From contig CAWCFT010000001.1 of the NCBI GenBank assembly GCA_963794945.1, forward strand, positions 160,001 to 224,000: DNA of 64,000 bases. The letters run 5' to 3'. The DNA comes from Endomicrobiales bacterium. Its GTDB lineage: Bacteria > Elusimicrobiota > Endomicrobiia > Endomicrobiales > CAWCFT01. Under the pieces are notes generated by a model. The model did not search any database and was not told the origin of the DNA. It saw only the letters and a list, made by a program, of their open reading frames with translations. A program made the translations under genes and the position numbers. The stretch's first letter is position 1; every line of letters begins with the position of its first letter. Positions 30,524-39,870 of the stretch are shown piece after piece.

Positions 30524-31855
30524 CTATATCCCTCCGCCTAAATTATCCCTTGTATCGATCACTCGTTTCGCCTTGTGCGTCGCGCGGGGAATTTCACCGG
30601 AGTTAAGAATTTTGACTTCCTTGGGCCTTACACCAAGCCGGACCTTCACTTTTTGCAGGACTTCCTGCGCGAGCGATTCATCGGTTATTGAAGTACCAGG
30701 AGTACGTTCCACTTCAATATCAAATTTCGTAAGCCTGTCTTCCGTATATATGCGTATGCGGTATTCTCCGGTAAGCCCCTGAATCCCGCGGACAATGAAT
30801 TCAATATCGCTTGGGAACACATTGACGCCTGAAACGATGAACATATCGTCGATCCTTCCAATAACTTTGATGCGCACATGCGTCCTTCCGCACGCGCAGG
30901 GTGAACGATCAGCGGTTATAATGTCTCCTGTGCGAAAACGTATAAGGGGCCTGGCTTTCTTTCTTTGCGTGGTCAGTACCATTTCTCCTGGAGAGCCATC
31001 TTTAACTGGTTCCCCTGTTTTTATGTCCAACACCTCAAGATAAATATGGTCTTCCAAAAGATGCAGCCCGTCTTTTTGCGGGCACATACCGGCGCAAGCT
31101 CCAAATATATCCGAAATACCGTAAAAATCATACAGCTCGGCGTTCCAAAGCTCTTCAATAGCTTTTCTTGTTGCTGGAATAGAGCCGCCTGGCTCACCGG
31201 CAACTATTATACGGCGTATAGCAAGATCTTTTGCAGGGTCTATCCCGCTGTTGCGGGCAGTTTCACCCAGGTACCAGGCGTATGAAGGCGTGGTCCAAGT
31301 TACAGTCGGCTTGAATTCTTTCAATATATGAAGCAGCCTGTCGGACGGAATGCTGCCAGCCCACAGACACAAAGCTCCGAGATTTTGCGCCCCTATGACA
31401 TCCGGCCCGCCGACAAAAAGCGTGAAATTGAGCGCGTGCACATAACGATCGTGCGGCCTGACACCCGCGGCCCAGAAAAGGCGCGACTGGGCGTCCTGGA
31501 ACTCATCAAAATCCTGTTTAGTGAATGGACTTAAGGTCGGCACACCTGTGGAACCGCTTGAAGCCGATACGAACACAACATCACGCTCGGGAACAGCTGT
31601 CAGATCACCTAAGATAGGATGGGCTATTTGCCTGTCGCGTTCTATCTTTTTATTCGTAAAAGGAAGTTTTCGCAGGTCGCTTAGTTTCTTGAAGTCTCCC
31701 GGTTCGAATCCGATGTCTTTAAAAGTGCTTTTGTAGTACGGCGAATTCTCATAAGCGAATGTTATGTGTTCCTTTAATTGCTTAAGCTGAAGCTCCTCAA
31801 GCTTTTTCACCGGCAGTGTTTCAATTTCTTCGTTCCAAAACTTTTTTTCACTCAT
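30524..31855 (-). CDS. Phenylacetate-CoA ligase family (PaaK-like) acyl-CoA ligase
   Basis: SSGSTG, GEPG, YGISD, RFRTGD, GRIDDM...GVNVFP; C-terminus GGGI. Confidence 0.9.
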   Translation of the reverse strand: MSEKKFWNEEIETLPVKKLEELQLKQLKEHITFAYENSPYYKSTFKDIGFEPGDFKKLSDLRKLPFTNKKIERDRQIAHPILGDLTAVPERDVVFVSASSGSTGVPTLSPFTKQDFDEFQDAQSRLFWAAGVRPHDRYVHALNFTLFVGGPDVIGAQNLGALCLWAGSIPSDRLLHILKEFKPTVTWTTPSYAWYLGETARNSGIDPAKDLAIRRIIVAGEPGGSIPATRKAIEELWNAELYDFYGISDIFGACAGMCPQKDGLHLLEDHIYLEVLDIKTGEPVKDGSPGEMVLTTQRKKARPLIRFRTGDIITADRSPCACGRTHVRIKVIGRIDDMFIVSGVNVFPSDIEFIVRGIQGLTGEYRIRIYTEDRLTKFDIEVERTPGTSITDESLAQEVLQKVKVRLGVRPKEVKILNSGEIPRATHKAKRVIDTRDNLGGGI

Positions 31856-31871
31856 CTTATTCCTCTCTTAT

Positions 31872-32534
31872 TTAAGCTTTATCCGCTTTTTTAGCGCTAT
31901 AATCGCCTAATGTCTGAATTATCTGTACCAGTATTATCAATACTATGACCGTTGCGGACATCACATCCATCTGGTAACGATAATATCCATATCGAATGGC
32001 AAGGTCTCCTACTCCGCCTCCACCCACGATACCCGCCATGCCAGAGTAGCCGATAAGGCTTATCGCGGTAACAGTAAAACCGCGTATTAAGCCAGGTAAA
32101 GCCTCCACTAACAGCACTTGTGTAATTATTTGCGGTATGGAAGCCCCCATAGCTGTTGCGGCTTCAATAACTCCTTTGTCAACTTCTCTCAAAGACGCCT
32201 CAGCTATCCTTGCGTAAAACACAACCGCGGCCACAAACAAAGATACTGATGCCGCCAAAGGCCCGATAGTCGTTTTAACTATCTTCTGCGTTAAAGGCAG
32301 CAATATCACAAGAAGTATGACAAATGGGATCGAACGTATGATATTTACTAAAACCCCGCCTACAGCATTAAATATCTTATTTTCCAGGAAAAGCCCCTTG
32401 TCCGTTACAAAAAGTAAAAGGCCCAGCGGAACACCGAGGATCAAAGCCAAGGAAAGGGAGATACCAACCATTTGAAATGTCTCCCAGAAAGCCTTACCCA
32501 GGTCAGGAAGCAGGCTTAATATCTGTTTGCTCAT
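31872..32534 (-). CDS. metI: Methionine ABC permease
   Basis: RSIPFVIL, EAA motif, GYSGMAGIVGGGGVGDLAIRYGY. Confidence 0.93.
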   Translation of the reverse strand: MSKQILSLLPDLGKAFWETFQMVGISLSLALILGVPLGLLLFVTDKGLFLENKIFNAVGGVLVNIIRSIPFVILLVILLPLTQKIVKTTIGPLAASVSLFVAAVVFYARIAEASLREVDKGVIEAATAMGASIPQIITQVLLVEALPGLIRGFTVTAISLIGYSGMAGIVGGGGVGDLAIRYGYYRYQMDVMSATVIVLIILVQIIQTLGDYSAKKADKA

Positions 32535-33534
32535 AAATAACCTCCGTGCTGGCTGTGTTCTCTTTTAAGTGTTTAACTAACTTTGTGACTTCTGAATTCT
32601 CTCCCTTAAGATTAACAAGAAGAATACCTATAGGATGACCGTTTATATATTCTATCCGTCCGTGCAATATATTTATATCGACTGGGAACGTACGAATAGC
32701 GTTTGAAATGACAGGATTAAGCGCCGAAGGCCCGCGGTAAAGTACTTTTACAAGGCTTCCTTTGACAGCGCCTAGTATCCCATCAGGTATTTCAAGATTT
32801 AGTGAATTTCTGACCAACTGTTTTGTTATCTCATGCTGCGGATTCGAGAATATACTGTAGACATCATTTAACTCCACAACTTCTCCTCCTCTCATTACAG
32901 CCACCCGGCTGCATATACTTTTTATCACATCCATCTCATGAGAGATCAGAAGAACCGTTATTCCATACCTTCGATTAATATCGCGTAGAAGCTCCAAGAT
33001 CGATCTTGTTGTCTCAAGGTCTAAAGCCGATGTAGGCTCATCGCAAAGAAGAAGATGCGGGTCGTTGGCAAGCGCACGCGCTATTCCAACGCGCTGTTTC
33101 TGCCCTCCGGAAAGCTGGCCAGGATACGCGTGGGCCTTGTCTGACAAAGCGACTATTTCAAGCAGTTCCGGGACTTTTTTTGATATTTCCTTCGCGCTTT
33201 TACCGGATATTTTCATGGGAAAAGCAATATTATCGTAAACCGTTTTCGTATGTACCAGGTTATAATGCTGGAATATCATGCCAATCTTCTGCCGCGCTCC
33301 TCTTAAAGACTTTTTGTCAAGAGAAGTTATATCGATCCCTTCAACATTCACCTTTCCGCTGCCCGGCTTTTCAAGCAGGTTTACCGTGCGCAGGAGAGTG
33401 CTTTTGCCGGCGCCGCTTGTGCCGACTATGCCGAATATTTCACCCTTATTAACATCGAAAGAAACATTTCTTACGGCATGAACCTCGGCATCTTTTGTAT
33501 TGAAAGTGATAGATACATTCTCAAATTTGATCAT
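32503..33534 (-). CDS. metN: Methionine ABC ATP-binding protein
   Basis: GTSGAGKST, LSGGQKQRV, CDEPTSALD, C-terminal NIL domain. Confidence 0.93.
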   Translation of the reverse strand: MIKFENVSITFNTKDAEVHAVRNVSFDVNKGEIFGIVGTSGAGKSTLLRTVNLLEKPGSGKVNVEGIDITSLDKKSLRGARQKIGMIFQHYNLVHTKTVYDNIAFPMKISGKSAKEISKKVPELLEIVALSDKAHAYPGQLSGGQKQRVGIARALANDPHLLLCDEPTSALDLETTRSILELLRDINRRYGITVLLISHEMDVIKSICSRVAVMRGGEVVELNDVYSIFSNPQHEITKQLVRNSLNLEIPDGILGAVKGSLVKVLYRGPSALNPVISNAIRTFPVDINILHGRIEYINGHPIGILLVNLKGENSEVTKLVKHLKENTASTEVIYEQTDIKPAS

Positions 33535-33553
33535 ATGTCCTTGTACACTGCGT

Positions 33554-33589
33554 GCTGCAGGGAGGCAGGGTAATATACCTCCCTGCAGC
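33554..33589. other. Perfect 12 bp intergenic stem-loop between metQ and metN
   Basis: GCTGCAGGGAGG / CCTCCCTGCAGC with no U-tract; probably an mRNA-stabilising hairpin. Confidence 0.6.
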
Positions 33590-33605
33590 TTACGTTGTGC
33601 CTTTT

Positions 33606-34427
33606 TTATTTACCGTGTTTATCTTTAAGCCATTGAGGTATGGCAAAATCCTTGAAAACGTTTTTTGGGTCATAAATAACGTTTTCAAATTCCTTTGACT
33701 CAATCGCTTTCTTGATATCCTTTGTGAACTTGCTATCCAGGTCTTCGGTACGCACTGCGATGACAATAAGATACTTCTCTTCCAATGTCTCCCTTGCTAT
33801 GGCCGTCGGATATATTCCGGCGGAAATCGCGTAATTGCCGTTTACAACCGCGAAATCCACACTGTCAACCGTCCTGGGTATTTGGGCGGCTTCAACAGGC
33901 TGTATTTTCAGGTTTTTCGGATTTCCGACAACGTCCTTCTCAGATGCCTTTGTCGCATCAATAGATGGATTGATCGTTATTAATCCCAATGCCTGAAGAT
34001 ACCTCAAAGCCCTTGCAAGGTTCGAAGGGTCATTTGCGATAGTCACAGTAGAACCATCCGTAATTTCAGCGATTGACTTGAATTTCTTCGAGTAAATACC
34101 AAGCGCCGCCGTTGGTATTGATATCACGGGAGATATTTTAAGCTTCCTGTCTGCCGCGAATTTATCAAGATACACCTTGTGCTGGAAGGCATTTACATCA
34201 ATTGATTTATTGTCAAGCGCAATATTTGGCTGGACATAGTCGCTGAACTCTTTGACCTCAACTTTATACCCTTTCTTTTCAAGAGCCGGTATAACGCCGA
34301 GTTTTACAATATCACCGTATGGCCCGGGAGCTACGCCGAATACTATTTCTTTCTTTGGTTCGGCGAAGGCTCCCGATATGAATACTACCGTTGACAATAA
34401 TAACGCTGTCAGTATTTTAATCTTCAT
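33606..34427 (-). CDS. metQ: MetQ/NlpA family substrate-binding protein
   Basis: FSDYVQPN, NAFQH, ANDPSNLARAL, VNGNYA. Confidence 0.9.
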   Translation of the reverse strand: MKIKILTALLLSTVVFISGAFAEPKKEIVFGVAPGPYGDIVKLGVIPALEKKGYKVEVKEFSDYVQPNIALDNKSIDVNAFQHKVYLDKFAADRKLKISPVISIPTAALGIYSKKFKSIAEITDGSTVTIANDPSNLARALRYLQALGLITINPSIDATKASEKDVVGNPKNLKIQPVEAAQIPRTVDSVDFAVVNGNYAISAGIYPTAIARETLEEKYLIVIAVRTEDLDSKFTKDIKKAIESKEFENVIYDPKNVFKDFAIPQWLKDKHGK

Positions 34428-34455
34428 TTAGTACTCTCCTTTTAATCAATTTAGG

Positions 34456-35619
34456 TTAAAACTTATATATCACCGAAGCCTGGTAAATCTCGCCGTTCGA
34501 GGTTATTGAACCCTTGTATCCTGTGCTTGTGCTTGAATACTCAAAAGCTACAGTCGCGGCTGAGGTCAACTTATAGAACAATGATCCAAATGCCCTTCTG
34601 TTAAATGTCCTTCCGCCGGCGTTCAGGTTATCGCTGTTGGGATCATCCTCTCCATACCCGAAGTTTACATTAACTGCAGGCGTTATATTAGTAACAACCT
34701 GGCCCCATCCTCCTTTAGCTTCTATTGACTGTTTAAGGGTTGTATTAACACCCTGGTAAACACCTCCGTAAAATGCCGCCAAATCAGCTCCCTGCCAAAC
34801 CGTTCCTTGAAGGGAAACTATATTCGTAACGGGAAGTATGATACCGCCTATGAGAGACCGCGTATCGTAGTCTTGAAGGACTGGATTTGCGGCGGTAATG
34901 ATATTTGATTCAGTACCTGAATGCCCCGAAACACTTAGTCTTGCCGGTTTGCTGGTCCATAATTTCGCATCAGCAAACAAAGCTCCTTCTAATGTAGGTT
35001 GTCCGGAATCCGTGCCGCCATCCTGAACTCCGCCGGCATCAATTACCTGGCCTATTGTGCGGCCGGCTAACCTTCCGGTGACTGTAACACCACCTTCTTT
35101 GACGACTTGTGTTACGCGGACCTGAGGCCTACGGTTGTAAAGATTGCCGGTTGAACCTAAAAACGCGCCGTCAACCGTTATTGGGTTTACAGTGACGAAC
35201 GCGTCCCAATCCTGGCCGGCGCGGAGTGAAAACCCGCTGGGGTTTGCAAAATCCACATAAGCCAGCCGTATACGCGGCGCGACTGCATTTTCATTAGTTC
35301 CTCCAAAAGCAGATGTGTAAAAATCCAGTTCTAATTTTCCTGTCGTTTTCCAGTCATCACTTGACGGCCCGCTAAGATCAATGCCAAACCTTGATTCCCT
35401 TGCCGTAATATCCAGTGAACCCTGCGTTTGGCCGGCAACTGTGGGTAAATTATAGAAATTCAGGTCTCCGACAAATGTACGCTGGGTAGCCTCGATAACA
35501 TCCAGTTTTACATAACCATACAGCTTAGCCGTGACCGGTGCGGCATCTTCAGCAAAAACTGCATAAGGTACTGCTAAAAGCGCAACAAGCGTAGTTACTT
35601 TTACAATAATCTTCTTCAT
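34456..35619 (-). CDS. Outer-membrane porin (DcaP-like)
   Basis: Signal peptide, LYGYVKLD, ARESRFG, PRIRLAY, C-terminal YKF. Confidence 0.75.
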   Translation of the reverse strand: MKKIIVKVTTLVALLAVPYAVFAEDAAPVTAKLYGYVKLDVIEATQRTFVGDLNFYNLPTVAGQTQGSLDITARESRFGIDLSGPSSDDWKTTGKLELDFYTSAFGGTNENAVAPRIRLAYVDFANPSGFSLRAGQDWDAFVTVNPITVDGAFLGSTGNLYNRRPQVRVTQVVKEGGVTVTGRLAGRTIGQVIDAGGVQDGGTDSGQPTLEGALFADAKLWTSKPARLSVSGHSGTESNIITAANPVLQDYDTRSLIGGIILPVTNIVSLQGTVWQGADLAAFYGGVYQGVNTTLKQSIEAKGGWGQVVTNITPAVNVNFGYGEDDPNSDNLNAGGRTFNRRAFGSLFYKLTSAATVAFEYSSTSTGYKGSITSNGEIYQASVIYKF

Positions 35620-35754
35620 TTTTCTAACTCCTTAATTTATATTTTGCCAGTTGTTCGGATATATATTTTTAATAACTGCGGTTATCCGCCAGTTTACACG
35701 TCATCCATTTATAGGCATCACCTCCGGTGATAGATTTGCGAAGTATTTAACAAC

Positions 35755-35823
35755 AAAAAACCAGCCAACTGTAAATGTAAATCAAGGTTTTCCTGCCCTT
35801 GACACATCTTCCAGTTGGCTGGT
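35755..35823 (-). terminator. Intrinsic terminator between the YezD-like gene and the porin
   Basis: ACCAGCCAACTG / CAGTTGGCTGGT 12 bp stem, inner TCAAGG/CCTTGA stem, then T-tract. Confidence 0.7.
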
Positions 35824-35900
35824 CAGATTATCGTTTGGTCTGCTTTAGTCTTTGATCTTAATTATTTTTCTGCGGTTATCCGCTTTATTGGACGTTTACT

Positions 35901-36086
35901 TTATATACCTTCTCCTACTCCTATAATTTCGCGGTCAAACCGTGTTTTTTCGATCCGATCGATCTGCACAATTTTTAAATTATGCACGGTAACCGTCACC
36001 GATCCATACCGCAGCCCTTTTAACGCTTCAATAATTTTTTTGATCGTTATTTCATCGACAGTGTTCTGAGTTTTATTAGTGCTCAT
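35901..36086 (-). CDS. YezD/OscA-like small protein (DUF2292)
   Basis: ALKGLRYGSVTVTVHNLKIVQIDRIEKTRF; AAGGAG RBS; extended tail GEGI. Confidence 0.85.
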   Translation of the reverse strand: MSTNKTQNTVDEITIKKIIEALKGLRYGSVTVTVHNLKIVQIDRIEKTRFDREIIGVGEGI

Positions 36087-36145
36087 TGTTTTCTCCTTGT
36101 TAATTAGCCGAATAAACGGCACCCATTACCATACTTCTCTACGCT

Positions 36146-36190
36146 TTAACAAGATAACCCATGAACACAACACATTCGTAATATTCTCAT
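36146..36190 (-). other. Candidate Cys/Met-rich leader peptide MRILRMCCVHGLSC
   Basis: 14-codon ORF between cysK and the yezD-like gene; weak RBS. Confidence 0.35.
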
Positions 36191-36224
36191 AACACTCGCC
36201 TTTTCATCTCCATTAGTTCTGATA

Positions 36225-37157
36225 TTATATCTGTTCCTGGAAAAGCCAGGTTGATAGGTACCTCTCGCCAGTATCGGGAAGAAGTACGACGATGGTCTTA
36301 CCTTTATTCTCCGGCCTTTTTGCGACTTCAAGTGCCGCCCAAAAAGCCGCGCCGCTCGAAATGCCGACAAGTATTCCTTCTTCTTTGGCAAGTTTTCTGG
36401 AGGTCGACCCTGCGTCTTCATTGGCGACCTGTATTATCTCATCAACGATCTTGGAGTTAAACACTCCAGGCACGAAGCCCGCTCCAATGCCCTGTATCTT
36501 GTGAGGGCCGGGTTTTCCTCCTGAGAGCACCGGCGAATCCTTGGGCTCTACGGCGATTATCTTAACACGGGGATTGCGCTTCTTCAGTACTTCCCCGACA
36601 CCGGTTATCGTCCCGCCGGTTCCAACGCCGCCGATGAATATATCGACTTTGCCGTCGGTATCGTTCCATATCTCTTCGGCCGTCGTTTTGCGGTGTATCT
36701 CCGGGTTAGCCGGGTTGTTGAACTGCTGAGGGATAAAACTGTTGGGCGTGGTTTTCGCGAGTTCTTCCGCCTTTGCCACGGCTCCGCTCATCCCCTTGGC
36801 GCCTTCGGTCAGGACTAGTTCGGCTCCGAGTATTTTCAGGAGCTGCCGGCGCTCAATGCTCATGGTCTCAGGCATGGTCAAGATCAGCTTGTAACCTTTA
36901 GCGGCGGCAACGAACGCGAGCGCGATGCCGGTATTGCCGCTGGTCGGCTCAATTATAACCGAATCATTTTTAAGCACGCCTCTCTTTTCAGCATCTTCGA
37001 TAAGAGCCACGCCGAGCCTGTCCTTGACGCTTGAAAGCGGGTTGAACGATTCAAGCTTCGCAAGAATCACCGCTCCAACCCCCTTCGTTAACTTGTTTAT
37101 TTGGACAAGCGGTGTATTGCCGATCGTCTTTGTTATATCTTTATAGATTTTTGACAT
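36225..37157 (-). CDS. cysK: Cysteine synthase A (O-acetylserine sulfhydrylase)
   Basis: [47 protein letters not shown]. Confidence 0.97.
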   Translation of the reverse strand: MSKIYKDITKTIGNTPLVQINKLTKGVGAVILAKLESFNPLSSVKDRLGVALIEDAEKRGVLKNDSVIIEPTSGNTGIALAFVAAAKGYKLILTMPETMSIERRQLLKILGAELVLTEGAKGMSGAVAKAEELAKTTPNSFIPQQFNNPANPEIHRKTTAEEIWNDTDGKVDIFIGGVGTGGTITGVGEVLKKRNPRVKIIAVEPKDSPVLSGGKPGPHKIQGIGAGFVPGVFNSKIVDEIIQVANEDAGSTSRKLAKEEGILVGISSGAAFWAALEVAKRPENKGKTIVVLLPDTGERYLSTWLFQEQI

Positions 37158-37204
37158 TTTATTGACTCCTTTACATTTTCTTTGGCTTTACTTGCCAGCC
37201 ATGA

Positions 37205-38535
<1,331 letters not shown>

Positions 38536-38597
38536 TCACTGTCAGCAAATAATTTACATCATTTTATTATTTATACTGGTTGAGCTGCTTGGTGGAT

Positions 38598-38627
38598 TCA
38601 ACATCGCATTCGTTTAAAATTATTCAT
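38598..38627 (-). other. Candidate mini-ORF MNNFKRMRC upstream of metY
   Basis: GGAGA RBS shortly upstream; ends in a Cys codon; shares ACGAATG.G.TGT with the 36146-36190 mini-ORF. Confidence 0.4.
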
Positions 38628-38644
38628 TTTCTTCTCCGTTTAAG

Positions 38645-38929
38645 TCAAATTCCCGACCCGTTCGTAAAATAACTCGACAGCTTACCAATAACTTCTTTTG
38701 CGTCCGCACCTTCCGCTTTAATGGTTAAGGAATCACCATTTGCGGCCGTCAGCATCAAAATGCTGAGTATCGAACACCCATCGGCCTCGGGGCAGTCCCC
38801 GCATGTTAAAGATACTTTTGACTTGTGTTTTTGGCATATCTGCACAACCTGCGAAGCTACCCGCAGGTGCAGGCCTTCAGGCTTGTCTATTTTAACCGTT
38901 TTTGTTTCGACTGTTGATGTATTATTCAT
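38645..38929 (-). CDS. HPr-family phosphocarrier, Cys-rich, with GSGI tail
   Basis: GLHLR (His15 equivalent), DGCSIL (Ser46 equivalent), AEGADA. Confidence 0.88.
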   Translation of the reverse strand: MNNTSTVETKTVKIDKPEGLHLRVASQVVQICQKHKSKVSLTCGDCPEADGCSILSILMLTAANGDSLTIKAEGADAKEVIGKLSSYFTNGSGI

Positions 38930-38967
38930 TTTAGTTTTTCTCTCTTTTTCGGAGTCGACACCTTGTT

Positions 38968-39016
38968 TGTCTATTATGTTTATAGACATTATAGTATAAC
39001 AATATTTTGTTGTCAA
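38968..39016 (-). promoter_or_regulatory. Consensus sigma70 promoter with overlapping palindromic operator
   Basis: TTGACA (39016-39011), 17 nt, TATAAT (38993-38988); TGTCTAT-N7-ATAGACA at 38968-38988. Confidence 0.8.
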
Positions 39017-39204
39017 GTGTTTTCATTAAATATTTGAAAATATTTTTTCTGTGTTTGGACCAATGTTTTATCGTAGGTAAATAAAAATATACTTTAAGTG
39101 CGGCCGTTTTTACAAAAATATATTTATTTTTCAAACACTGGAAATACCGCGTAATATTTTGTATTATTATGCCTGTTGGATATCATTCAAAAGGAGCGTT
39201 AACA

Positions 39205-39801
39205 ATGAGAAGATTTTCAGTTCTTTTGTGCGCCTGCGTCATTCTTTCGTGTTTCACAAATTACAGCTTCGCGTATGATCTCTTTGGAAAACCTCCCGCG
39301 GGCACAGTTTCAATTATAGATTACGGCGTTCACGGAATGAAGCTCGGCCTGTTCGGAGGTGTTTGCGCCGGATACGTAAGGTACGAGAATGAAAACGACA
39401 AAGGCGGAGCGATAGCCTTAAGCGGCGCCTATGGCGTCCTTCTAGGAGCCGGCCTCGGGATCGTCCTTGGCGGCGTGGACGCGTCCAATGGGTCAATGGG
39501 TATCGGCGCGCTGATAATAAGAGATATGGACATGGGTGGCAATTTGGGCGCGCTTCTGGGAACCATATTGGGCGGGATCAAAGCTTTAAATAACAACGAT
39601 TCAAGATGGGTGGGAGACGGCACAGCCTGGGGATACCTGGGGGGCGCGGTACTTGGCGCCGGCCTCGCTTTCATTGAAGAGCCTAGATCATCTTCTTCCG
39701 CTAAAGCCGACACGAACAACGGCGTTGTCCCATCTGTAGTGTTCCTACAGGACTCGAGGCGCAACACTTACCCGGCCCTGGCAGCGACATATAATTTCTA
39801 A
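39205..39801 (+). CDS. Exported glycine-rich membrane protein, hypothetical
   Basis: AAGGAG RBS, signal peptide, repeated GxxxG hydrophobic segments, terminal YNF. Confidence 0.6.
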   Translation: MRRFSVLLCACVILSCFTNYSFAYDLFGKPPAGTVSIIDYGVHGMKLGLFGGVCAGYVRYENENDKGGAIALSGAYGVLLGAGLGIVLGGVDASNGSMGIGALIIRDMDMGGNLGALLGTILGGIKALNNNDSRWVGDGTAWGYLGGAVLGAGLAFIEEPRSSSSAKADTNNGVVPSVVFLQDSRRNTYPALAATYNF

Positions 39802-39815
39802 GAACTGTAAACTAT

Positions 39816-39866
39816 AAAAACACGGGTGTTCACATATATAATATATGTGTGCGCCCGTGTTTTTTT
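39816..39866. terminator. Bidirectional terminator between convergent genes
   Basis: AAAAACACGGGTG...CACATATAT/ATATATGTG...CGCCCGTGTTTTTT. Confidence 0.75.
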
Positions 39867-39870
39867 GTTA

